Both the position numbers and the translations under genes were made by a program. A DNA stretch of 64,000 nt from Callorhinchus milii (taxonomy: Eukaryota): contig NW_024704743.1 in NCBI RefSeq assembly GCF_018977255.1, positions 91,328,001-91,392,000 on the forward strand, read 5' to 3'. Shown piece after piece: positions 12,005 to 24,629 of the stretch; position 1 is the first letter of the stretch; every line of letters begins with the position of its first letter. Below the pieces are notes generated by a model. The model made no database searches. It saw only the letters and a list, made by a program, of their open reading frames with translations, and was not told the DNA's origin.

Positions 12005-13613
12005 AAAAGACAGCACCACCAAGAATGCAGCATTAGATACAAGGGTTGTCTGCAACTCCAAACAATAGGAAAAAATAGATCAAACAGCTAAAAAGGGATT
12101 CTAATGAACAAATAGAGCAGTTGAAAAAGGATTTGGCTGATAAAGAAAAAGGAGTCTTCTGATCGAAAGGTACAGCTCTATGCGGAAAGAGACAGAAACA
12201 AGGTGGAAATGGCTGGATTAAAGGAAAGAGAGGACAATCATTTGTGTCGGATATGTGAGTTGGGAGCTATGGTGGATAACCAACAGGGCATAGTGAATCC
12301 GATCTATGCAAAGAAAGCAGAATATGACCAGCGTAAGCAGCTGGTAAACAGGCTACAAACGGAGGTTACAGAATTAAACTGGCAGCTGACGGATGTGCGA
12401 GGGGCGCTCCGATACAATCTAAAAACTGCGCAGACTGGACCGATCAATCACACGCAGTGTAGGCGGGTGATTCAGAACTTGAAGACTCAAGTAGGACGGC
12501 ATTGCGCTATGACAGGCAGTGTCGCCAGGAGAAGGGTATCAGCCCTGTGATGATTCCGAACCAGACTGAGATAATTTGGAGAATGAGGCAGCCCATTACA
12601 AACGGGAGGAGGGCTATGGATCCCCTGACCAATCAAATTCTGTCCAAATAGCAATGGTGACAACTTGTAGATGTCCCGCACAGCAGCAGCAGCAGGCGAT
12701 GCAGATGCAGAAGGAGCGCTACTGAACACCACGGTCTCTCATCGACCCATAATGGTTATAGAGCGAGATGCTTTTGTTAAAGAATTAGTGTTCACATTAC
12801 TCCTAAAACCAAACCCATTACTTTCATTAGTCAATGGAACGCCTTTATGTCCTACCAGCAAAATCTGGAGGATTAAGATTTCAAACAAATATTAGTTGCA
12901 TCTTTAAATCCAGAAGTTAAAGGTCACAGTCCTATCACACAATATGCTGTTAATGTCAATTCGGCTGATTTCCTAGGGGCAATTCAGCGGGCATTGGGCA
13001 TCGGGACAATATGGGATGCCCATAGTGAGTTACTCAAAACTGAACAAGGCAAACATGAAAATCCTTTGACTTATCATATGTGTTTAACAGAACTATATTG
13101 TTATACTCAAGCGGGGTACTGGACGTCGCTGCCATCCGTGACTCCCCCGAGTATAAACAACAATACCATCAGAAATTACTTCCTCATACTAAAACCGCAT
13201 TAGGAGTAGCTGTCAGTCATCGATCCGAATGGGATGAAATTCTGACTAAAGCAGAACAAGCCTACTACAAGGTAACAGTTACTGAAGTCAAACCCCAAAT
13301 TAAAGTTGAACGTGTGTACGAACTAGGAGGTCAGGGTCCTGGGAATAACTATGGCAAAGGCGGTAGCTGGCGCGGACAGAATAGACCTTACAGACGTAAT
13401 AACTGCGGTGGTGGCCGAGGTTATTATGCTCTGAGGGGAGATGGACACGGCCAAGATCTTGGCTATAATATGGGAGGAAGCCCGCTGAATGGGGGTAGAG
13501 GGCACTTTGCTTGTGATTGTTTGAGCGAGCCACAACTGGGGTCTAACCAAATTGGAAATTTCCCCCATATCACCTCGAAACCTTTACCCATGGACCAAAA
13601 ATTGGGAGATTGA
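12005..13613 (+). mobile_element. Degenerate gag-like region of an LTR retroelement or ERV
   Basis: Fragmented ORFs show a coiled-coil N-terminal part (QLVNRLQTEVTELNWQL), a capsid MHR-like EQGKHENPLTY, a Gly/Arg-rich stretch and the half zinc knuckle GRGHFACDC. Confidence 0.6.
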
Positions 13614-14744
13614 TTGCATTATTAACCCTCCAGCAGGTGACTGGATGCAGTGCTCAAATCAGTAAAACCTCCAGTTCCTTATCCTTAAAAGCTACTGTAA
13701 AAACTCAGGCAGCTATTGCCAGGGAATCTAGATAGAGGGATCCTGTGTGACATATAAAGTGTCATAAAAAAGTACTGCAGTTGGAGGAACAACTTAACTG
13801 TAAAAGAGAGATGTTAGAAGAAGCTAAACATGAATCTGAGAAGTTTAACTCAGAACGAGATGAAGCAAGAAAAGAAATTGATAGAATTAAACGTGAGAAA
13901 GATGAAGAAGTGGACCGACTTAAGGCACAAGTAGTAGCCTTAGAGGAGGAAAAAAACTGAAAAAGTGCAGAAGAACAAGGGTTCACTGCAAGGTTTAAAA
14001 GACAAGACAGGACAAATTAATTCTGCAGGTAAAAGAAGGGGCAAAGGTAAAGGGATAAACTCAAATCCAATGACAAAACCACCAATAACGAAGGATTGCA
14101 AAGGTGAAACTAAGAAAGGTTCTAAAGAGTCAAATTTGGAAGAAAGATTGGGACAAATGGTACTTCTGAATTTGAAAGATTACAGAAGGAGTTAAAAGCA
14201 ATGAGACAACTGATTGAGCAACGTATGGATCCTTGTGTATCACCGATATGTCTCCAGACCAAACAGGGAGATGACTTACTGGCTAATCTTAAAGCCCTCA
14301 AACAGTTTAGTCTGCTTGATACTTGTGAGGAGTCAGGAAAGGTCAAAATGCTGTTCCCTCAAATAAAGAGATTAATAAAAGTTGAGAGAGAGAGAGAGAG
14401 AGTAGGATGGGTTCATTGAAAAAAACAAGAGAAAAGAAATTTATACAGGACAGCAACTCTAAAAATCACTGACTGTAGCCACTGAATGTGAGCAGTTTAA
14501 ATTCACTGACTGCTCACATCTGATTTGTGTGAACAAATGAGGCCCAATGATAGAGTCCTGAGGAACACTGCAAATGCTGTACAGGAGCAGGAAGACATGA
14601 TACCGAAGGAGACATAGAAAAAATGATAAAAAGAGTGTGATGTGAGGATTTAAAATGTACTTGTTTTAAATCAAAACTATACATTTCAATGAAATATCAA
14701 GATCAATCTCTTTAATGTTGGTATGTGTGATAAATATGTGAGTT

Positions 14745-15027
14745 AGATGTCAGTCTATCTCAGTTAGTAGCACTCTCACCTCTGAGTCAAAGGCTATATG
14801 TTCAAGCCCCATTCCAGTGCAGCGCTGGGGGTGTTTTACATTGTCGAGGTGCGTCCTTCAGATGAGACACTAATTCAAGGTCACATCTGCCCGTTCAGGT
14901 GGATGTTAAAGATCTCATGGCACTATTCAAAAAGAGAAGGGAGTTTCTCCCGGTGTGCTGACCAACAATCCCCCAAATAAAATTGGTCATTTGTTTCATG
15001 GCTGTTTGTCGGACTTTCCCATGTGCA
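14745..15027 (+). mobile_element. DeuSINE-type SINE, 5' part (3' part at about 15650-15770)
   Basis: Contains GTCCTTCAGATGAGAC...CAGGTGGATGTTAAAGATCTCATGGCACTATT. Confidence 0.72.
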
Positions 15028-15650
15028 AACAACAACAACAACAACTTGGATTTATATAGCGCCCTCCACGTCAGACGACGTCTCAGAGCGCTTCACAGTA
15101 ATGAATCCCGGGCCCGAGCCAGGGGGAGGGGGAGAAAGGTGACCAAAGGCGCGGTCGAAAAGAAAGGTATTCAGCAGAGACCTGAAAGTAGGAAGAGAAG
15201 GGGCGAGACAAAAGGAGTGAAAAGGGAATTCCAGAGCCTCAGGGCATAGTGGCTGAAGGCACAGCCGCTGAGGGTGGAGCGGAGGACTTGGGGGACAAGG
15301 AGGAGGCCAAACCCGGAGGAACAAAGGCAACGGTTACCGTTTTGAGGAGAGAGGAGGTCAGAGAGGTAGTGGAGGGATTAGAATACAAGGGTGAGGATCT
15401 TGAAATCGATCCTCTCTGCCAGTGCAATCTGGCAAGGCCTGGGGTAATCGGGTGGTGTAGTTTGGTGCGGGTGCGAATGCAGGTGGCAGAGTTTTGGATG
15501 ATTTGGATTTTATGGATGGTGGTGGATGGGAGACCGATGAGGAGGGCATTAGAGTAGTCCAGCCGAGAGGCGCAAAGGCATGGACCAGTGTTTCAGCGGC
15601 CTTCAGAGAGAGGTATTTGCAGAGACGGGCGATGCGTCAGAGGTGGAAGA
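15028..15650 (-). mobile_element. L2 3' fragment (different subfamily) inserted into a DeuSINE
   Basis: (AAC)n tail and [15 protein letters not shown]-terminus. The flanking DeuSINE halves lie at 14745-15027 and about 15650-15770. Confidence 0.85.
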
Positions 15651-16196
15651 AAGCAAACTGTTTGCTCGTTTGCCTACAAATACGCAGTCACTAAACTTTA
15701 CTGTAAAATTCTATGAAGTGCTTTAAGATGCACCGATGAAATGATAAGGGATACTGTATCAAATGCAAGTAAGATTTATATACACGATATAGAGCAAATG
15801 TGTGGTTAACATACTGTGTAATCTGTTCTTCATGATGTACGATATTTATTTATAAAGGTGAAGTTATTTGTTTCAACTGGTCTGCTATTTAACTTGTGCA
15901 ATCCTTTTGGACTTTGAGTTGGATACTTTGACTTACCATTGATGGTGAATTACCATTTCATGCTTATAACAGATATTATGATTAGTGTATAGCTGTTGCC
16001 AAAAGAGTCTTCAAATCTTTGAACTGAGTTCTGGTTTATTGTCTAGAAATGTTTCTGAATTCATGTTGTTTGTCAAAGGAAGAGGTGATTTAATGCACCT
16101 TGGCAGAAATATCAGTGAATTGCACTCTAATGTTGATCTGGTTAAAAAAAAACTCACTGGAAATGATATTAGATTGTAGTTCTACTTTTTACTTAC

Positions 16197-16561
16197 CTTA
16201 TAAGGTCTAAGTAGATGGGGCTCTTTGAATCTAAGCACGATTAGACTGACACAGGTAAGTCCAATGAGGAGCCACGAGATAAAGCCAGAATAATTTGTCA
16301 GCATTAATAATGTAGTTGGGATGATAAATATAATTGATAGGATGGTACTCAAGATTATGGCTGGTACTGGCGTTAATCGCTGAGTATGTAACATTGACAG
16401 AATAATCGGCAGATGCCCTTCTCTGCTAACAGCAAAGTTCAACCGGCCTTGTACGAATACGGTGCTGTTGATCGATCCAAAGGTTGAGATGGCGACAGAC
16501 AGAGGAATAATCCAGGAAAAGGCTAGAATCACTCTGTCAGCCCATGTGACTGCCACAGCAC
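16197..16561 (-). CDS. slc7a13: SLC7A13-like copy B, exon 3 (365 bp)
   Basis: Acceptor TTATTACAG|GT and donor AAG|GTAAGT. Encodes AVAVTWADRV...SWIIPLSVAISTFGSIN...SREGHLP...LTPVPAI...LRFKEPHLLRPYK. Confidence 0.9.
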
Positions 16562-17510
16562 CTGTAATAAAGATGTTAAATGAATGGTTTGTTTGTAATT
16601 AACAACCTCGGCACTACGTCACACGCAGGGATTATTGATAGAGATAGAGATCTCTAAAAATACAAATTATTTTTAACATGGGTAAAAATCCATGTATGAA
16701 TACCTTCTCTGGTGGAATTATGGATTTAAAGGAAAGAAAAAAAAGGCAGATAAAACCTTTAAGCAAAAAATAATAAACAATTAATTTGTAGCCTGGTGTT
16801 GAAATACATATATGCATGGAATGGGGAAGAAAACATTTAACCTGAACTAATTTGAATTCCCCTTGAATTATTCAATCTCCTGGGGGAGATAAACTAGCAG
16901 AGCAAATGGATTGAATGGCCTTCTTCACGCAAACTGACCTATGATCTTGGGTAACCATTGGTAAAAATTACAAAAAGAGAATAAAATATTAGCACTACAA
17001 TTTGATGTAATGGCAATAATAATTCCAAAGTCCATTTCACATCCTCCCGAGGTGAAAAGCATTTATTATTATATTGTATTAATACCCTAGAACCGTTTTG
17101 CACAGAGAATAAAGAGCAGTATAGAGCTGGACCACCTAAAGTTCAATTTCACCAAGTACATTGACCTTAACCTACCATCGTATGGAAGAGAATCTGTGTA
17201 AATATTCAACAACCTCACAAAAGACTAGAGATAATAAAGACTTTTCCATCAGTGTATTAAATATGTGGAATAGACCATCAGATAATCCGATTAACCCGGA
17301 TGCTATCCTATTTGACTTTTGACTTTTTTGGGATGCTCTGAGCGTTAATTATTTTGAGGTAAAAAACAAATTTTCAATTTAACAAAGAGCAGAAAGGAAG
17401 TAACGCAAGATTAAATAAAGTTACAAACTAGCCAGAGCAGGTTAAAAAGATGGCAATATTTGGAAAACAATAAAAAACATGAATTAGAATACAGATTCAG
17501 CATTCTGTTA

Positions 17511-17777
17511 ATTATAATAATCCTTGTATTTGATATAGCGCCTTATCACATCTTCGAGATATCTCAAAGCGCTTCACAGAATATATAGTAAAGTGAATTG
17601 ACTGTATATTTTGTGGGCGAAATGTGGCAGCCAATTGTACACAGCAGTGTCCCACAAACAGTCGTAGATTGAGTGACCAAATTATTGTTATTATTATATA
17701 TTTGAAGGGATTATTACCCTTGGAAAAGCGATCCGCCAATCGACTAACAACTGGGTTCCTACTTACTTCTAGGTAAA
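17511..17777 (-). mobile_element. tRNA-Ala-derived SINE (long variant), 3' part, split by the L2 insertion
   Basis: Matches the reverse complement of the copy at 43312-43690 up to the TSD; its head continues at 21340-21452. Confidence 0.85.
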
Positions 17778-20700
17778 AAAAAAACAACAAAAAAAAAACC
17801 TCCGCGCCCCCCCCCTCCCCCCCCCAGGGCTCACATCAGAGCCCACTATGGTCCTGTTGCGTTCGCTGCCCCAATCTACGGGATAATGCCATCCACCTGA
17901 CCGCTCGCTCCCGGTCCCCGCGTGCGCACTATGGCTGCCGCTTTGACCCGAGCCCCCTCACCCCCTCCCTCCCTCCCCCTCCTCTCTCCCCCCAAACCCT
18001 CCCCCCTCTGCATCTCTCCCGCTCTCTCCTCCTCTCTCTCCGTCCCTCTCGTCTTCTATCCCCACTTGACCCTCCCACAACCTCCCTCTGTTCCAGTCTG
18101 GGAATCCTCCGCCGGGCTCACCGTGGCACTCGGCGTTGGCTGTCCAGCAGCAGCCACACCGACTGCCCCATTCCCCACCACACTCGCCACCCACCCCGGA
18201 CACAGACCCGGGGAGTCAACCTCTCCTCCCTCATCCCCATTCCCCCACCCCTGCCTCACAACCTGGACCCCCTCCCCTCCCACACACCCTTCTGTCAACC
18301 GCTCCCTCCACATCGGACTGCAAAATGTCCGCTCCCTCTGCAACAAGGCCCTGGTCATCAACGATCTCATCCTTGATGAGAACGTTGATATCATGGCCTT
18401 AACAGAAACCTGGCTCACCCCAGGCGACACCTTCCCCCTCACGGAGGCCACGCCACCCGGCTACACCTCCCACCACATCCCCCGCCCCAACCGCCGTGGC
18501 GGTGGTGTTGCCCTTATCTCAAGGACACCACTTGCCCTATCCCCCTACTCCTCTGGCTCTTTCCCCTCCTTTGAGCACCTCACCCTCTCCCACCCCTCAT
18601 TCCTCTCCCTTAAAATCCTCCTCCTCTACCGGCCCCCTAAAACCTCTCCCACCTTCATCTCTGACATTTCAACACTCCTCACATCTCTTTGCCTCTGCTC
18701 TGATCGCCTCATCATCCTGGGCGACTTTAACCTACACTTCACCCCCTCCTGCTCCATCTCCACAGACTTCTCTTCCCTGCTCTCCTCACTCAACCTCTCC
18801 TTACACATAAACTCCCCCACTCACAGTCACGGCCACCCACTCGATTTGGTGATCACCCGGGGCCTCAGTGTCTCGGATGTCACTATTACCGACAAGGCCA
18901 TCTCTGACCACTACTTCATCTCCTTCACCACCTCCACCCCCCTCCCCACCTCCACCAGACCCACCACCATCTTCTACCGCCCTTGGAAGAAGTTACCCCC
19001 ACAATCCCTAACCGATGCCTTGGAGTCCTCTGAACTCCTCTCCCTCTGGCCTTCAACCCTCACCGACCCCTCTTCTCCTCTCTCCCTCCTCCACAATACC
19101 CTCTCCTCCACACTCGATACTCTTGCCCCCATCACTTCCCGCACTGTCTCCTACTCCCGCTCCTCCCCCTGGTACACCACCCACCTCCGCTCACTGAAAA
19201 GCCAGGTGCGGGCTGCTGAACGCACCTGTGTCAAATCTGGCCTAACGGTCCACCGACAAATCTGGCTGGACCTCCTCAAAATTTACCGCTCCACTCTAGC
19301 CTCGGCCAAGTCGTCCTTCTACTCCAGGATAATCCTGGAGGCGAAGAACAACCCCAGGCTACTGTTTTCCACCACAACCCGACTCCTCCGTCCCCCCGCC
19401 ACCCCGCGCAGGTCAGCTCCTCCAACCTTCACTGCGAGGAGATGCTGGATTTCCTTGAATCCAAGATCAAGGGAATCCGCTCCGCGGTCACTTCCCCTCC
19501 AACTTCCACCCACCACCCACCCCTTCCCTCCCACACTCCGACTCCTACCCATCCTCCCCTACACACCTTCGTACCCGTTTCCCCACCCTCTGTCACTGAA
19601 CTCATCCTATCCCTAAAACCAACCACCTGCTCCCTTGACCCCATCCCCACTCCACTCCTTATCTCCCAGCTCCACTTTCTTGCCCCACATATCACTGACA
19701 TCATCAACCTGTCCCTCTCCTCTGGCTCTGTCCCCATTCCATTAAAAACTGCCATCATCACGCCCACCCTGAAAAAACCCTCCCTTGATGCGTCGCAGCT
19801 ATCAAGCTACCGGCCCATCTCCAACCTCCCCTTTCTCTCCAAGGTCTTGGAAAGAGTTGTCGCCTCCCAACTGCGCTCTTTCCTTTCCACCCATTCTCTT
19901 TTTGAACCCCTTCAGTCAGGTTTCCGTGCTGCCCATAGCACAGAAACTGCCCTGGTCAAGGTCACCAATGATATCCTGACCATCTGTGACCAGGGCTCCC
20001 TCTGTCTCCTCGTCCTCCTCGACCTATCGGCAGCATTCGATACGGTCGACCACGCTATCCTACTCCACCGCTTGTCCTCCCACCTCAACCTTCAAGGCAC
20101 TGTCCTTGAATGGTTTAGGTCGTACCTTTCTCACCGTCTTCACTTTGTCTCAACGAATGGCTTCTCCTCCACCCCCCGTACTGTCTCATGTGGTGTCCCT
20201 CAGGGCTCTGTCCTCGGTCCCCTCCTCTTCACCCTCTATATGCTCCCCCTCGGTGACATCATCCGCAGACATGGAGTTAACTTCCACATGTATGCGGATG
20301 ACACCCAACTCTACCTTTCCTCCTCTACTCTCAACTCCACGACCACCGATGTCCTGACAGCCTGCCTGTCCGACATCGAGTCCTGGACGAGAGACAACTT
20401 TCTTCAGCTCAACGTGCGAAAAACCGAGGCCCTCCTGATTGGCTCACGTCAGCGCCTCCGCACCTCAGGCGCTGACACCATCAGCATCCAAGGCTGCACT
20501 CTCCACCTCTCAAAGCCAGTCAGGAACCTCGGCGTTTTGTTCGACCCTGAGCTGTCCTTTCTCCCTCACATCCGCACCACAACTGGCACCGCCTTCCATC
20601 ACCTCCGGAACATCGCCAGACTACGGCACTACCTCACCCCTCACGCTGCTGAAACCCTGGTCCACGCCTTTGTCACCTCAAGGCTGGACTATGGGAACTC

Positions 20701-21339
20701 TCTCCTCGCCGGCCTTCCCGCCACCTCCCTCCACAAGCTGCAGGTCATTCAGAACTCTGCAGCTCGTGTACTGTCCCGCACCAGGCTTCGCGACCACATC
20801 ACTCCCACCCTCGCTCGCCTCCACTGGCTCCCCATCCCCCAGAGGATTGATTTCAAGATCCTCATCCTCACCTACAAGGCCATTCACGGCCTTGCTCCCT
20901 CCTACCTCTCCAACCTACTATCCCCCTACCTACCTGCCCGTACCCTCCGTTCCTCTGGCTCCGGTCTGCTCCACGTCCCCCGCCCCAACCGCCCTACCAT
21001 CGGTGGTCGGGCCTTCAGCCTCTCAGCCCCGAGGCTCTGGAACTCTATCCCCCAGTGCCTTCGCCGCTTCCTCCCTTTCCTCCTTCAAGGCCGGTCTCAA
21101 GACCTTTCTCTTTGACCGTGCCTTCAGCTCCCCTCTCGACTCTCTACCCCCTCCTCGCTCCCTCCCTTCCCTCCCCTCACCCTGACCATTTCCCCCCTCC
21201 TTGCTCCCTCCCTTCCCTCCCCTCACCCTGACCATTTCCCCCCTGCTCCGGTCATGACCCAACTGTGCAGCGCCTTGGGACGTCCTCCCGACGTGAAAGG
21301 CGCTTTATAAATGGAATCTTGTTGTTGTTGTTGTTGTTG
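17778..21339 (+). mobile_element. Near-full-length L2-clade LINE with a single EN-RT ORF and two frameshifts
   Basis: APE endonuclease motifs (LQNVRSL, MALTETWL, RGGGVALI, LYRPP, ILGDFN, HGHPLDLVI, ISDH) and RT motifs ([50 protein letters not shown]). L2 C-terminus [13 protein letters not shown]...FK; (GTT)n tail; TSD TAGGTAAA at 17770-17777 and 21340-21347. Confidence 0.95.
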
Positions 21340-21452
21340 TAGGTAAACAGAAGTGTGTGAAGTAAGCAAACTTTCCCGATGTTTCACCCTGCCCTGGAAT
21401 CAAACCCAGGTCCTCTCCCTTACAAGGCCAGTGCTCTAACCACTGAAGACTC
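21340..21452 (-). mobile_element. 5' (tRNA head) part of the SINE split by the L2
   Basis: Reverse complement reads GGAGTCTTCAGTGGTTAGAGCAC...GGGTTTGATTCC, an A/B-box head continuing the 17511-17777 fragment. Confidence 0.8.
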
Positions 21453-21878
21453 CACTTAATTACAAAAATAACATTTTGAATATGTGCATAAAAACCTCAA
21501 CTCACCTGTAAAAAAGACCTCACAAAAGTAATAAATATTTGGCATTTAATGCATTAAACGTTAAAAGCAATTGCAGAGGAACTGCTTAATTAAAACTAAA
21601 TTTAAGAATTTTTAAAATTCCGAAATGTTAAAACATTTTATGGTTTCAAGGCTAGGATAGCAGGATATTTCAGGCCACATAGTTACTATAGCAACACATT
21701 ACTTAGCGATGCCAGCACAACACTGACCACATTGTTCATTGTGCTGTGCGCAAAATTGGATGCCGTGTTTGCCAATAAATGAGTCACTACACTCTGCTAC
21801 AAGTCCTGTGATACCCTTCGAGATGCATTTCAGACATGAAGGGCACTATATCAAATGCAAATATTTTTATCATTACGT

Positions 21879-22181
21879 AGAGTCCTATAGCTCAGTGATT
21901 AGAGCACTCGCTTTGCAAGTGAGAGACCTGGGTTCAATTCCTGGCAGGGTCTTGGACAAGTTTCCTTACTCCACACGCCTAATAATAGTCCCTCAAGAAA
22001 AAAACTAATAATAAATTCAATCCATGACTGTTTATGGGTCACTGCCTGTGTGCAATTGGCTGCTGCATTTCACCCACAAATAGACAGTCAATTCACTTTA
22101 CAGTCTATTCTGTGAAGCGTTTTGAGATGTCTAGAAGACGTGAAAAGCGCTATATCAAATGCAAGGATTATTATTATTATT
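21879..22181 (+). mobile_element. tRNA-Ala-derived SINE (short variant)
   Basis: Consensus head, body and (ATT)n tail. Confidence 0.9.
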
Positions 22182-22291
22182 GATACGTTATAAAAAATGA
22201 AAATTGTTAAGGAAAAATATCAAAAATTTCATTAGGATTTAAATAAATGCCTAAATAACAAAGGACTTTGAATGGTTAATAAGCGCCTTAG

Positions 22292-22667
22292 AGGAGTCCT
22301 GCAGCTCAATGGTTGGAGCACTCGCCTCACAGACGAGAGGACCTGGGCTCGATTCCCTGCAGGGAGAAACGTTGGGCAAGTTTTCTTTGTCCACATGTCT
22401 CTGTTTACCTAGCTTTAAGTAGAAACCCGGTTGTTCGTCAATTGGTGGATTGCTTTTCCGGGGGTAATAATTCCTTCAAAATAAATAAAAATAATTTGGT
22501 CACTCAATCCACAACTGTTTGTGGGACACTGCTGTGCGTAATTGGCTGTCGCATTTCACCCACAAATATACAGTGAATTTACTTTACAATATATTCTGTG
22601 AAGTGCTTTGAAATGTCTTGAAGACGTGATAAGACGCTATATCAAATGCAAGGATTATTATTATTAT
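22292..22667 (+). mobile_element. tRNA-derived SINE (long variant)
   Basis: Carries the extra GTTTACCTAGC..TAAGTAG.AACCCGGTTG...GGGGTAATAAT block. Confidence 0.88.
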
Positions 22668-22759
22668 ATCCCCCTTCTACTCCCCCTGTGCCGAAGGAAA
22701 ATTGCAGATTGTTGGATTGAACTGGTGGTTAATTAGCTCCCTGATTAAGTTTAAAGAAT

Positions 22760-23120
22760 AATAATCTTTACATTTGATATGTCTTAAGGTCATAAGGACA
22801 TCCCAAAGTCATTTACAGTCATTTATTATAAAGTGTAGGTGAATGTGGCCGCCAATTTGCACATAGCAATATCCTACAAACAGCCATGAAGTGAATGATC
22901 AAATTTTAGCCTGGACACCAGGAAAAACTCCCTTCTCCTTTGAAATAGCTTCAAATGGCACCTATTTGAAAAGAGAAGGGAGTTTCTACTGGCGTCATGG
23001 CCAACAATCTCACAGATAAAAAATGGTCATCCTTCACTTAATGATTGTTTGTGGGGCATTGATGTATATAGATTGGCTGTTGTTTTCACCTACAAATACA
23101 CATTAATTGCACTTTATAGA
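22760..23120. mobile_element. Two head-to-head DeuSINE-type 3' fragments
   Basis: A minus-strand fragment at 22760-22945 and a plus-strand fragment at 22955-23120, roughly palindromic to each other. Confidence 0.55.
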
Positions 23121-23494
23121 TCACAATTTTTCATCCCATCATTCTTGCACTTGGCACTTAGTAGGGGATTCAGGAAATAAAATTAACTTTTCATTAATAT
23201 CTTAGCTCATTTGCTCATTATAGAAAATGGTGATAGTACAGTAGATTAGACTATAATTGAACACTCCTATGAACTACCCGACAGATACCGCTGAAATCCG
23301 CATACAAATACACAAAATCTTTATTGAAATTAGGTTTTGTAGGCTGTCATTTTAAGCAGGTTTACAAATCTAAAATGAAACATTATGAATAGAAATCAAA
23401 TGAATGGAAAGAGAAATGTATGAAATGAGTAGGTAATGAACATAAGGAAAGAAGAGGGGCAGGTGAGAATAGATTAATGGAGGTGCCAAATCTT

Positions 23495-23810
23495 TTCACT
23501 CTCTGGCACCTCCGTACCTCTCCGAGGTACCTCTTTCCTCACTCCCCAATCCACCAACCGGCACCTCTGCTCATTCATCGGAGGTTGCGCTTTCAGCCAC
23601 TATGCCCTGAAACTCTGGAGCACTCTCCCTCAATCCCTCCACCTTGCCCCCTCTCTCCCCTTTATCAAGTCCCACCTCGAAACCTTCTTCTTCGACCGTG
23701 CTTACGGCCACCTCCCCCCTCCCACCGGCTTGGAGTCAGGCTTTGCCAATGTTAAGCCTCTGAGATGCTACCCTGCATGGCGAGCACTATATAAGTGCAA
23801 GTTGTTGTAA
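23495..23810 (+). mobile_element. L2 3' fragment
   Basis: Homologous to the L2 tails at 47131 and 15028; ends GCAAGTTGTTG. Confidence 0.75.
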
Positions 23811-24629
23811 TTATTCAGATCAAAAGCCCAAAGTTTTAGTAATGCTTGCTCTAGCATCTATAAAAGAGTTTGGAAGAGGGCCATTCTTACAAAGCCTCAG
23901 TGTGTGTTTTTATTCTTCAGTTTAAGATTATATGAGATTAAATTGTCACTATTGCATGGAAATACAAGATCAATGCTATAGAAAACAATGCAGTAGGGCT
24001 TGTGATTTTGAAATAATAAGACTCCTGTCCCTAACCCACCTTGGTAATAAATGCATTCTGTCACGCTATTTATATTTACACCTCCATAGCCCTACATTTT
24101 CGTTATATTATTGAAGTCACAGATAACAAAATTGATTCCATCAGCCACACAGTAATGAGGGAGTTATTAAGTGATTATTTGAAAATAATTGAGTTCCAAG
24201 AGATGTTGGAATTAATTTCTGAATTAGCTTTCAATATTAAATCATAATAAAACAATTTCATGTTTGGCTTGAGGGTATTCTGTCGTTACTGTTTTAGAAA
24301 CATTATTATTGCTCATTCTATACCCAATGGAGTGAGGAAAATTGAAGCCATAGGTTCTTATAATTAAATCTGAACTACATAGAGGCAAGAGCTAAATAAA
24401 GGTTATCTGTCAAATTGTGTATTTCTTATGCTGTTTGGTTTATTATGTTTTTTTAATAATGATGGCAACCTGTTGTATTCTTGTGGCACTGATCTTGAGA
24501 ATGATCAAGGTCAGTACCACAAGTATACAAATTAAATATTAACAGTGAAATCTAATTTGTAGTATTTCTTAATGGAACATAAGGTGTAAATAGGAATGAG
24601 TGGACTCAGCTACCCCAAAAGCTTGCACA

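Noticed and set aside
17958..21262. Many overlapping Pro/Ser- or Gly/Glu-rich ORFs within the L2
   Set aside because: The extreme C-rich strand bias depletes stop codons in alternate frames.
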